A DNA stretch of 32,000 nucleotides from NCBI RefSeq assembly GCF_021057185.1, contig NZ_CP054059.1, forward strand, positions 990,001 to 1,022,000. The letters are read 5' to 3'. The stretch is from Candidatus Absconditicoccus praedator. GTDB lineage: Bacteria > Patescibacteriota > Gracilibacteria > Absconditabacterales > Absconditicoccaceae. Positions 11,146-21,931 of this stretch are shown here, piece by piece; within the stretch, counting starts at the first letter, position 1; the number at the start of each line of letters is the position of its first letter. The notes beneath the pieces are model-generated. The model searched no databases. It had not been told where the DNA came from and worked only from the letters and a program-made list of their open reading frames with translations. The position numbers and the translations under genes are program-made.

Positions 11146-12102
11146 TTAACCAGAAAAAATTTTGTATACAACATTACTTTTGGGAGAATACTTTTTGTCA
11201 TTTAGATATCTTCTAAACCAGGTTCTTTGTCTTTTAGCGAATTTTTGAGTGTTTTTTTTCAAAGTTTCTACCATTGATTCAAAATCATACTTTCAGTCAA
11301 TATAGTCCAAAACCTCCTTGTATCATATACCCTGCATACTTGGTAAAGTTTTATCATATCACATATCTATAAGCTTTTCTACTTCTTTTACAAGTCATTT
11401 TTCCAACATTTCCAAAACCCTATTATTTATCATATCATTTGAAACATTTTTTCAAGGTATCAAACCTCACATGAAAATAGGTCGATCAACAGGCTGAGGT
11501 TTTGCCAATTGAGATTTTGTTTTTCAAGTCTTCTCGTATATTTCTAATGCTCTAATAATGTACCTTGTACTATTGGGATGAATCTGACTGGCAGATTCGG
11601 GATCTATATCTTTAAGGTTTTGATGTAAAATTCCAGGATTTTTTCTTTCTTTTTGTTCATAACATCTCCTAAGCTCCATATCAGGTCAAACCTGTGGCAT
11701 ACTAAAATTTTTGTATATTGTATCTATATAAAGTCATGTACCACCCACCAAAAAAGGTATATCTCATTTTTTTTGAATATTTTGTATTATTGGTTTTGTA
11801 GAATTTTTCCATTCTCAAGCAGTATATATCTTATCAGGCTCCACTAAATCTATTTGATGATGAGGAATTTTTTCCCTTATTGAAATATCTACTTTATCAG
11901 TTCAAATATCCATATATTTGTATACTTGTCTACTATCTGCTGAAACAATTTGAACATTACCTAAAAATTTTGCAATCTCCAACGAAATTGATGTTTTTCA
12001 ACTGGCTGTAGGTCACCAAAGCATTATTATACCTTTTGGATAGTTTTCTAGAAAATTAGAAATATCTCTTTTCAACTCTTCTATTATCTTAAACTTATTC
12101 AT
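11146..12102 (-). CDS. miaA: tRNA dimethylallyltransferase, 318 aa
   Basis: ATG 12102, TAA 11146-11148, 957 nt. P-loop LWGPTASGKTS with both Gly encoded by TGA (12013-12015 and 11998-12000). Also SADSRQVYKYMDIGTDK, HHQIDLVEPD, LVGGTGLY and AKRQRTWFRR. Confidence 0.95.
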
Positions 12103-12110
12103 CAAAAAAA

Positions 12111-13319
12111 TTAATTTAATAAATCCGTAACTATACTATTATAAAGATTCATTCATCAATCTTTCAAATAAAATATTTTTCAATCATACTCAGCAAGTGA
12201 ATCGTTTTTGTATTCAATTATCTTCTGCTCATAGCCATTTTCCAAGACTGGAGCAAATTTATGAATATTGGCAACACCATCACTTTTCCTCAAAGAAAGG
12301 AAAAATTCTTCTATCAAAAAATCATGCTCTTGCATAGAAAACAAACTTCTTTCATCTATAAAATTACCTTCAAAAAAATCTTCCCAAGACTTAGTATTTT
12401 CAAATCTTACTCATTTACTGTTATCGTCTTTCTCAAAAATTTTTGATGAATTCTTTTTATGTAAAAACGAAGATGCTCCTGGTCATAATCATAAATACTC
12501 TCACATATCCCAGTATACCATATTGTGTATACTATTCTTACCAGGTAAAGTAAAGTTTGATATTTCATATCTTTTATATCATCATTTTTGAATAATTTTT
12601 TTCAAAATATCAAATTCCTCAAAAACATTTTCCTCATTTGGCTGAAAATTACTAAACATTTGACTTCATGGAAACAACTCCAAAGTATACAAAGAAAAAC
12701 TATCAGCAAATGTACTATCTACAAAATTTTTGAAAAACTCCATCTTGTCATAATTCCAAATAATTTTTTTTCAGTTCTTATCTTTGTTGAATTTTCAGAA
12801 TGCTATAAAATCAAAGTTGAAAACATTGTTGGGTTTTTTGTGATTTACAAGATCTTTCAAGTAAAGTTTTAATGTGTTGAAAACATATCATCTTCAAGTC
12901 TGCTGCAGGATATCATCATCAAATGTTTGAATTCAAAAACTAAATCTTATCCTAAAAAAGTCTTTGTATCTATTGTTTACAAAGTCTATAAATTCCAAGG
13001 TTTCCTGAAAGGGATTTGGATTTAGTTCAAAATTTATTTCTTCAAGATATTCTAGATTGAAATTTGACTTTATGCTATCTATTATTTTAGATATATTTTC
13101 TTTTCATATATACAAAGGAGTTCCTCAACCAAAATATATTGTTTTTATTTCTTGTTTTCAAAAATGACTAGCATAATAATGTATATTTTCAATTACAGCA
13201 TCTGTGTACTTATGTACATATTCTTGGATATTATCGAATCATTCACTTGGAGCTACAAAAAAATTACAGTATGAACATTTTTTTTCACAAAATGGTACAT
13301 GGATATACAAAGACAACAT
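12111..13319 (-). CDS. hemW: radical SAM HemN/HemW-family protein (heme chaperone / coproporphyrinogen-III oxidase-like), 402 aa
   Basis: ATG 13319, TAA 12111-12113, 1209 nt. LYIHVPFCEKKCSYCNF (the CxxxCxxC cluster), TIYFGGGTPL, RIRFSFGIQTFDD, GYKRYEISNFTLPGKNSIHNMVYW, YLGLGPGASS. Only 8 nt separate its stop from the miaA start, so they form an operon. Confidence 0.85.
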
Positions 13320-13405
13320 CAACAAAAAACTATTACTAACTAAAAATTTTTATTAGTATAACAAACAACACACAAAAATCAATATTGAAAATTTCATAGT
13401 TTCTA

Positions 13406-13434
13406 TTGACTATTGTATTGCGATATATTATAAT
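13406..13434 (+). promoter_or_regulatory. near-consensus sigma70-type promoter
   Basis: TTGACT (13406-13411), a 17-nt spacer, TATAAT (13429-13434), 72 nt upstream of ATG 13507. Confidence 0.6.
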
Positions 13435-13506
13435 TTCTTTATTGAAGCTTTGTTTTTAATAGATATCTCACTATGTTTTTTGTTTTTAGTGATAAGTTTT
13501 TATATA

Positions 13507-14955
13507 ATGAATGAAAATATTGAAAGTTTAAAAAGTCAATTATACTGACCAGAATGAGATAAAAACACAGCTGAAAGCTTAATAAACACTTTCAATAACT
13601 TTTGATACTGAAAATTCAACAGCTCCCAAAATAATGAACTTTGTGTTGATCAAGAAAAAATTATAAATTTTTTAATATCATTAGCAAAAAGCAAACAAGA
13701 TCTAAAAGACACAAATGAAGAAATAAAAACCTGGAAAGAGCGAGTAACTCAACAAATAGAAGAAAAACACCAAGAAAAAATTGAAGATTGAACAATAATT
13801 CCAAATCACCATCTTGCTCCATACAAAAAAGCAAACAGCATAGATAAAAATGAATTAATCTATCTTATACAATCAGTATTTTCACAAATTATAATACCAC
13901 ATCAAGAAGATCAATCAAATCGAGAATGATGTTATTATGAATCAAAAAATCTTTTTTTCAAAGCAAATTCCAACACACCAGATCAGCAACTAATTGAAGC
14001 TGTGTGGATATATCCCCAAAACATAACTAAAGAAATTTTAGAAAAACTTATTGGTGTTGATTGCTCTAACCTCAAATGAAACCAGTTATATTTAGCCCAA
14101 CTAAAAGCTATTCCTCTACTTCAAGAAATATTAACAAGCTTAAAACCTGTTTATATACCTTGGGAAAATAGATATACATATAAGGCCTGTTTTATTGACC
14201 ACCCTATTGCAAAAGGTAAAATAATAGATTTTTCTAAAACAAGAGAATACTACAGTAAAAAAAATCATATTATGAAAAAAAGAATAAAAATATTTGATAA
14301 TTTGTATGAATATCTAGAAAACATACAGCATATATGAAAAACAAGCAAAGAAAGACTAGAAACTTTAGATAAGTTATTGGAATGACTAAGTTTTCAACTT
14401 ATTGCTATAAAATCTGAATGAATAAGAACAGACTGAATTGAAAATGACATAAAACAAATTAGAGAAGAAATAATGTACCTAACAAACAAACATATAAGAA
14501 CTGCTGTTGCAGACAGAATATCAAAACTTTGGTATAATCACCTTGAAAGACTGTCCAAACAACTTAGTTGAGCAAAACTTGATACAATAAAAAGAATCTG
14601 AGAAATAAGTAGAATAATAGAAAGAAATACTCAAATTGAAAGGCTCCTAATACAAATTCATAAAAATCAAAAACAAAATTTAACTATTGCCCTAAAATCT
14701 TTAAATTATTTCGAAACCAAGAAATCTGTTGGAAAGAAACAACTTGTAGTATTATTAAATAATTTTTTATCAAATCTTCCAAATTACAACATAAGGCCAT
14801 TTTGCAAAATCAAGGATGAAATTTTGGAAATAGTATGAAACGAATATGAAAATTTGTCAAATACAATCAACAAACAAACGATAGCAGAAATTAAAAAAAT
14901 ACTTACAAAACATTATGAATCACTACAATTCTATCATAAACTCTATTTTATGTAA
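13507..14955 (+). CDS. hypothetical protein, 482 aa, mostly helical, no recognised domain
   Basis: Checked codon by codon from ATG 13507 to TAA 14953-14955 with no TAA or TAG and about 17 in-frame TGA. MNENIESLKSQLYGPEGDKNTAESLINTFNNFGYGKF... Confidence 0.7.
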
Positions 14956-16452
14956 TTTATTATTTTCATTTCATGAAAGTACATATACTATATTAGTTGA
15001 ATAAGGTGTATTAAATTTTCTATAAGCTTTAGGATTTGTTTTTACTTCCAATATATCAAGTTCTTTGGGTAAGTATACAAGTCACATATTCTCAAAATCA
15101 TATCAGAAATTAAGAATATGTTTTTCTCTTTCAGCCATTTCTACATCATATTGTTTTTCAAGCTCTTTGATATAAGTTTTATACCTAGATGGAACATTTA
15201 AATTATATCATATTACAATATTATAAACACCAGACTCAAAATCATCAAAATCTACTCTATCAAAATTTGTTGTTTTTAATATTTCTCAATCTTTTTTTAT
15301 TTTTATATATTTTTCTACAAATCAATCTATTTTATTATAAGAATAATTGAAATCCCAAAAATATCATATATCTTCCTGAAATGTAGTATATAGAAGATTT
15401 TCTTGTAAAAAATTTTTAAATTCATCTGAAGCATCTGGGAAGTAAGCTTGTACATATCATTCATCTTGGACAAGTTCAAAGTTTTTAGCAAAATTTTGAA
15501 AAAGCAAATACTTATTGGACTGTATATAATTGTTTAACTGTTCCATATAGACCTGTTTTTCTTGAAAATCATCATTATCCTTATTCATTATTCTTCAAGC
15601 AGCATTTACAAATTGCCACTGTCGCATTTTTTCTCTAAATCAAGGAAGCATTTTTTCTAAAAGTTGTGACTGCAAGAATATCACTCAATTTATGCTTTTT
15701 TCTGGAAATGCAGATTCATAGATATCTATTATATTTTCTCAGTCTTTGTCAGTAAATCACAAAACATTACTTGAAACAAAAGAAATTCTAGAATCAGCTA
15801 TATTATCTTGTCTTCGTTGTGGTGAATCTACTTTCTCTATTGAGTCTTGAGCATCAACCTTATAACTATCTTTTATTGTGTAATCTATCTTTCAGTTTTT
15901 TATTTCCAAAAGTATAAAACTACCAAAGAAACCTCAGTTTGGTCTAGCCTCATTACTATTTTGAAGTGCAATTATGTATTTTTGCTTTTGATCCTTTCAT
16001 AAGATTTGATATATATCATCTTTATAATTCAAAGATTTTCATAAAAACTCCAAAAATCTAGTATAGTCTTCCAAGTAATCAAATCACATCACAGTTTCAT
16101 AATTGTCTTCTAGAAAATTAATCAACAGCTTTATATCGGCCTCATTAGTTTCAAAAACATTTTTTCAATCAGAATAGTTTTCAATAGAAGACTTCAAAGA
16201 TAGAAAAGCTTGAGAAAGTTGTGTATTTATAGGCCATGAATACAATGCAAGATCCTCCAAAGATTCATTGATCATTTCAAATCAAGATGCACTTGCATCT
16301 ACAGTTTTAGAAAAATTATTTATTCAAGAAAAAAATGAAAAAGCTACTGTCAAAAGCAATATATAAGATATACTTATATTAGAAAAAGTATAAGACAGCA
16401 TCTTTTTTGTCTTTTGAAATTTTGTTTTTTTTCTAAATCAGATAGTCTTCAT
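14923..16452 (-). CDS. DUF4012-like envelope-associated protein, 509 aa, N-terminal TM anchor
   Basis: ATG 16452, TAG 14923-14925, 1530 nt. N-terminus MKTIGFRKKTKFQKTKKMLSYTFSNISISYILLLTVAFSFFSG. The motif YIIALQNSNEARPNGGFFGSFILLEI matches the DUF4012 signature as I remember it. Its 3' end overlaps the convergent 482-aa gene by 33 nt. Confidence 0.6.
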
Positions 16453-16514
16453 TATAAGATTCTTGTTTTAAATAATTGTTTTTATTTATTTTTCATTTTT
16501 TTTCAACACTACAA

Positions 16515-17306
16515 TTAATGAATTTTTATATCTACCTTTTTTCACCTAGAAAGCATCATATTCCATCTTTTATCCTCCAAAACAAAATCAAATATTCAGT
16601 TGGTATAAACATTTATATCATAAAAGTTTTGTTGATAATCAGATACAAGATTTGAAAATATTTTTTCTAACTTATCAATTCAATGAAATCTAATTTTGTT
16701 GAAATTTAATCTATTTTTTATGTTTCTAGTATAAGCAAAATAACCATAATTTAGTGGTATTATTGTATCAACAGAAGCATCCTTAAAATATCTTAGATCA
16801 TATTTTACTAGTTTATTTATCATCCAAGACCTAAAAGACAAATTTGACAAAAAATACTTCCACATCACTACCTGTTTTTTCCATATAGCAAAAGGAAAGT
16901 TGAACTTGGAAATATTTTTTTGATTTTTGGTTAATTGAAAGTTTTGGGTAAGATCATAAAATTTTTCATCAAAATACTCAAAATCAGAAATATCTCACAA
17001 AAATCATATTTTTCCTACAAGACTATATGTCAAAACATCTAGCATATAATCTCTAAATAAAGGAAGCACAACCTCATCATCCAAGCTATAAAGCTCATAA
17101 ATTGGTGGAAGAATAACTTTGTCGGCTCATTTATTCTTTAGAAAGTCTATTCAGATTTTAGCTTTTTCAAAAGAATAAGGAAAACCTTTATCAGAATAAT
17201 ATCCATTATTCCAATCCCAGTAAATCATATACTCAAAATCAAATTTTTGAAGTATTCTAAAAATATACAACATATCAACTCAAGATGCTATTACTCCTAT
17301 TTTCAT
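16515..17306 (-). CDS. Asp/Glu-racemase-fold (MurI-like) protein lacking both catalytic Cys, 263 aa
   Basis: ATG 17306, TAA 16515-16517, 792 nt. MKIGVIASGVDMLYIFRILQKF..YMIYWDWNNGYYSDKG...FLKNKGADKVILPPIYEL parallels the MurI pattern IGVFDSGVGGL...IYFGDTARVPYG...LVIACNTA. DTIIPLNYGYFAY sits where LGCTHYP would be. Confidence 0.45.
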
Positions 17307-17434
17307 ATAAATTTAGATTAACAATATCAAATTAAAATTATAAATAAGGATTTTATATAGTTTTTCAATTAAAAATTGATTTTAAAGCATTTTTTTTTAT
17401 ACTTGCAAAAATATTTATTATATAATAAAAAATT

Positions 17435-17863
17435 ATGATAGAAATAATTACAAACCAGATATTAATTGCTACAGTTGTATCCACAGTACTTGCGCAAATA
17501 ATAAAAACAATTTTAGATGTGTTTCGCTTAAAAAAGTTTGAACGACAGTCTCTTTTCCGTGGAGCTTGAATGCCTTCATCACATACAGCAACTGTTGTTG
17601 CACTTGCATTATCAGTTTATCTTGTAGAATGAGCAAGCACTATTTTTATTGTTACACTAGTTTTTGCTTCTATTGTTATTCGTGATGTTATATGAGACAA
17701 AATATTTGCTACACATCAAGAAAATATTCTCAACAAAATAATAAAGGATATAGTAAAAACAAAAAAACTAAAACGAAACCACTTAATAGGACATTCTATA
17801 ATAGAAGTATTTTTCTGAATCATAGTATGAATAGTTTGAGTAACATTAGTTTTTGGATTCTAA
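17435..17863 (+). CDS. divergent PAP2 family membrane protein (YuiD/DUF212-like), 142 aa
   Basis: ATG 17435, TAA 17861-17863. ...SLFRGAGMPSSHTATVVALALSVYLVEG...GHSIIEVFFGIIVG... The GGMPSSH-type motif has one Gly encoded by TGA. Confidence 0.75.
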
Positions 17864-17870
17864 AAAACTT

Positions 17871-19145
17871 CTAATATTGTAAAGGAAATTTTTCACACAA
17901 GTTTTTTATCTCAGACTTTAATTCTGACAAAACTGAATCATCATCATAATTCATAAGAGCCTGATCTATCAATTCAGCAACATATCTGATAGTATTTTCA
18001 TCAAATCATCTCGTAGTTACAGCGGCAGTTCAAATTCTAAGTCAACTTGGATCCATAGGTTTTCTTTGGTCAAATGGAAGCATATTTTTATTTAGAGAAA
18101 TTCATATAGTTTCAAGAGTTTTCTCTGCAATTTTTCATCATATTCAAGTAGAAGATCAATTTTTAGAAGTAACATCAAGCAAAACAATATGATTATCAGT
18201 TCATCAAGTTATTACATGCCAACCTTTTTCTGATAGTTTTTCTGCCAATGCTTTTGCATTTTTAACAACATTTTCTGCATAATCTGAAAACTGACCACTA
18301 ATAACTTCTCAAAAAGCTACAGCCTTGGCAGCTATTATATGCTCGTGCGGTCATCATTGAATTCAAGGGAAAACTCACCTATTTATATCTGCTTGATACT
18401 GCTTTTTACAGTAAATTAATCATCATCTTGGTCATCTTAATGTTTTGTGTGTGGTTGTAGTTACCACATCAAAATATGGAAACGGAGAATTATATACTTT
18501 ACCTGCTATTAATCAGGCTACATGAGCTATATCAGCCATCAAAATAGGTCTATATCAATATTTATCTTCTACTTGATCAGCTATATCACTGAATTTCTTC
18601 CAATCTATTTCTCTGGGATATGCCGAAAATCAACCTATTATCAATTTGGGTTGATTATCTAATGCCTTAGACAACAATTCATCGTAATCAATCAAATAAT
18701 CTTCTTTCCTAACTCAATAAGAAACTATATTATAATATATTCAAGATGAGTTAAGAGGATGTCCATGAGTCAGATGTCATCAAGCACTAAGATCCATTCA
18801 AAGTATTGTATCTCCAGGCTTTAATAATCACAAAAATACTGCCAAATTTGCAGGTGCTCCACTCAAGGGCTGTACATTTACATACCAGTCATCATCACTT
18901 AATCAAAACATATCCAAAGCTCTTTTTTGGGTCAAAACCTCCAACTGATCTACATATTCTTGTCATCAATAATATCTTTTACCCGGATATCACTCACTAT
19001 ACTTATTTGTGAAAACATTTGAATAAGCCATCATTACATCTTTGGAAACATAATTTTCACTTGCAATCATTTCCAACTCACTTTGTTGTCTTGAGTACTC
19101 AAGATCAATTATATTTTGCACAATATTATCTGAAAGTTTGTACAT
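17871..19145 (-). CDS. glyA: serine hydroxymethyltransferase, 424 aa
   Basis: ATG 19145, TAG 17871-17873, 1275 nt. [74 protein letters not shown]. Most conserved Gly are TGA. Confidence 0.95.
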
Positions 19146-19169
19146 TTATATTTTTTTAATTCAGTAAAG

Positions 19170-19631
19170 TTATTTCCTGACATACTCCCTAAAAACATAG
19201 TCTCATCTAGGATCTTCAAAGTCCAACTTGAATTTGTCCTCAAAAAAAGGGAAGAATGTGTCTCCCTCAACCTCTTTTGGAATCAAACTTAAATATATTT
19301 TTTGTATCAAATCTTTTTCCAAAAATTGCTTATAAATACTTTCTCATCAAATTATCATTACTTCCTCATTACTGTCCAATTTTTGCAGCAACTGATCAAT
19401 ACTACCAAAAACTTCACATCAAGGAATATTTTTTGCTTGATAGGAAAGTACTATATTTTCTCTATTGGGCAAAGGCTTTCATATTGATAAATATGTGTTG
19501 TATCACATCACTATCTTCTTGTTTGTAGTAAGATGTTTGAAATTTTTTAGATCTTCAGGGATATGCCATGGCAATTTTCAATCTTTACCTATAACTCTAT
19601 TCAAAGAGATTGCTACTATTATAGAAAACAT
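19170..19631 (-). CDS. folA: dihydrofolate reductase, 153 aa
   Basis: ATG 19631, TAA 19170-19172. MFSIIVAISLNRVIGKDGKLPWHIPEDLKNFKHLTTNKKIVMGYNTYLSIGKPLPNRENIVLS...IIGGESIYKQF. Confidence 0.9.
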
Positions 19632-19655
19632 TATAGCAGGTTGAATTTTAAAGTA

Positions 19656-20123
19656 TTACTTCACATCTACTATCTTCATTTCATATCTTCTTCTTGGCGC
19701 TCTTACACTTACTGTATCTCAAGCTTTTTTTCATTCTATTGCTTGTCATACTGGACTTGCAAATGATATTGATCCATTCAAAATATCTACTTCTCAAGCT
19801 CACACCAAAGTAAACTCATATACATTTTTTTTATCATCTTCTAATGTTACACTAGATCAGTACCTTACTACACCTCATCACTGTCATTCTTCTATTATTT
19901 CTACATTTTCAAGCATACCCTCTATCTCATTTATCCTCACCTCTATAAGATCTTTTTGAGACATAGCATCATCATATTCCGCATTTTCAGATATATCTCA
20001 CTGAGCAATTGCTTCTTTAAGTCTTTCTAAAACTTCTGGTAACTTATTTTTTTTCAAATCTTCCAGTTCGTTTGCTAGTTTGTCATATCAGCTTTGAGTA
20101 AGATATTTTTTTTCTTCAGCCAT
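19656..20123 (-). CDS. greA: transcription elongation factor GreA, 155 aa
   Basis: ATG 20123, TAA 19656-19658. MAEEKKYLTQSGYDKLANELEDLKKNKLPEVLERLKEAIAQGDISENAEYDDAMSQKD...SFASPVGQAIEGKKAGDTVSV. Confidence 0.92.
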
Positions 20124-20148
20124 TCTTGTTGATAATTATTATATAAAT

Positions 20149-20472
20149 TTATTTGTCTGACATTTCTCTTTTAAAATGATCAAATGCATGATTTACAAGA
20201 TCAGTGATATTTTTAAAAGGTACATCATTTTGATATATCATACCTTTTCAGTCAAGATTTAATCTGAAAGACCCTTCATATTTTTCTTGTTTATTTTTTC
20301 TTACATCTATCTCAAATCTTGCTTCTGCATCATCCTTTTGTAAAGCTGCATTAAGATATCTATCAAGCTTTCAGTTTATGTTTTTTTCTATCAAAGTCTT
20401 TAAATCTTCTTGTAAAGCATCAGTAATTCAATCAAACTTATAATTAATTTTTATATTTTCATTCTCTTGCAT
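20149..20472 (-). CDS. hpf: ribosome hibernation/translation-inhibition factor (RaiA/HPF, S30EA family), 107 aa
   Basis: ATG 20472, TAA 20149-20151. IKINYKFDGITDALQEDLKTLIEKNINGKLDRYL...ARFEIDVRKNKQEKYEGSFRLNLDGKGMIYQNDVPFKNITDLVNHAFDHFKRE follows the RaiA/HPF pattern. Confidence 0.7.
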
Positions 20473-20532
20473 TTATTTTATTTTTAAGTAATATAAATAT
20501 AAATTTAACAATATAGAATATACTAAAAAAAA

Positions 20533-20837
20533 CAAAAAAATCAACAAAATTATTAAATTCATACAAACAGCCCTATATTGATAATTTAAAATAATATATT
20601 ATGATAGAAGATAAAAATTATATACAAAAACTTGTAGAACAAAAAGACATTGAATGACTTAAAAGGGAATGGCAAACTATTGTCAATATAAAATCACAAA
20701 TAGTCGATGCTTTATCAACTTGTTCAAAAAGGAGACAAAAAGATTTTAAAACCTTAGAAGAGCTTGAAAAAAAGCAAAGACAAATTACTCAAGCTCTGAA
20801 TGAACTTGAACCAAAATCAAAAACTAGTCATTAACAA
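20533..20837 (+). repeat. direct repeat, copy 1 (about 305 bp; core 20613-20837)
   Basis: The 225-bp core matches 25709-25933 with 4 mismatches and no indel (offset 5096 bp). The upstream 22-mer caaaaaaatcaacaaaattatt (20533-20554) recurs at 25633-25654. The stretch between is more diverged, with a 4-nt length difference. Confidence 0.9.
20601..20834 (+). CDS. small helical protein, 77 aa (hypothetical), intact copy
   Basis: ATG 20601, TAA 20832-20834. [77 protein letters not shown]. Confidence 0.6.
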
Positions 20838-21022
20838 GTTTAGTCTTGGATTGTTTCAACAAAACTTAATTTTTATTATCTTAGAATTGTTGACTTTTTT
20901 ATTCAAACTTTTTTCTTAGCTACCTAAAACCTTCAAACATCCTCCTTAATCTCTTTCCTTTTTTGCTTACTCTAGTTATCCTAATTACTGTTTATTATAC
21001 TTATTATTTCCCAAAAGATTTT

Positions 21023-21919
21023 TTATACTATTCACTCATTTAGTCTTCTAAGCAACAAACTTGTTTCTTCTCTTTCCTTTTTTTCTCCTTCTAATCTTTC
21101 TTCTCTTGCTTGTTCTACTTCTTCTAATTTTTGAATTGCTGATTCATAAAGTTCTTTTGAAATAGTTCATGCTGGTATTTCTATATGGTTTCATCTTGGG
21201 TATTCTATAGTTCATCAGTGAAAGTATGCATCCAGTTCTTCTCTTGTGACAGGGTCTTGTCGATAATTGTACCTATCATCTCATATCTGGTCTAATAAGT
21301 TTTCTTTGGCTGTATTAAACTCATCTTCATATTTATCTTCTGGGATTGAATCTTCACGTCTTATTATATCTCTCACCCTTGCTATTCATCTACTATTAAA
21401 CAACTCTATTCAATGATAACTTAAATCATCCACATTATCCAACTGTGCCTTCATTGTAACAAACTGTATAGTATCCCAAGCTTCTACAAATTCTGCACTA
21501 AATATATCTATCTCTCTTCATTTCTCTCATTCTGTTTTTGTACTAAGATCTCAACTTTCATCCAACTTTCTTCTTTCTGAAGATTCAAATATTCTTAGAT
21601 CTCAATCCTCAAATTCTATTTTGTATCAAGCAGCTTTTGCTGAAACTGTATATCGTTCTATTGTTTTATCTCTCACTCAATCTCTTAAATCTACATGGAT
21701 CTGATACTCTAAATCCATGCTAAATATAGATAAAGGATGGTTTGTATCTTTTTTGTATACCAAAAATCTATCGTCTGCTATCTCTTCCACTCATACATTA
21801 TCTATATCATATCAGTCTCTTTCAAGTCAGGCTGATAGTATTTCTTCATTCCTTTCCAAAAATTCAGCTTCTCTTTCTTGTCCTTGTTGCTCTATTTTAT
21901 TATCCATTTTTTCATTCAT
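21023..21919 (-). CDS. acidic hypothetical protein, 298 aa (third gene of the orphan operon)
   Basis: ATG 21919, TAA 21023-21025, 897 nt, checked codon by codon. MNEKMDNKIEQQGQEREAEFLERNEEILSAGLERDGYDIDNVGVEEIADDRFLVYKKDTNHPLSIFSMDLEYQIHVDLRDG... It starts 12 nt after the stop of the 1094-aa gene. Confidence 0.65.
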
Positions 21920-21931
21920 TTTTAACTAATT

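Noticed and set aside
20835-21022. AAGGAGG immediately followed by ATG on the - strand (around 20945-20960), opening a 6-codon ORF. Also a TTGACT on the + strand near 20892.
   Set aside because: There is zero spacing between the SD-like motif and the ATG, the ORF is only 6 codons, and no matching -10 element accompanies the TTGACT. These are most likely chance motifs in the non-coding stretch downstream of the operon.
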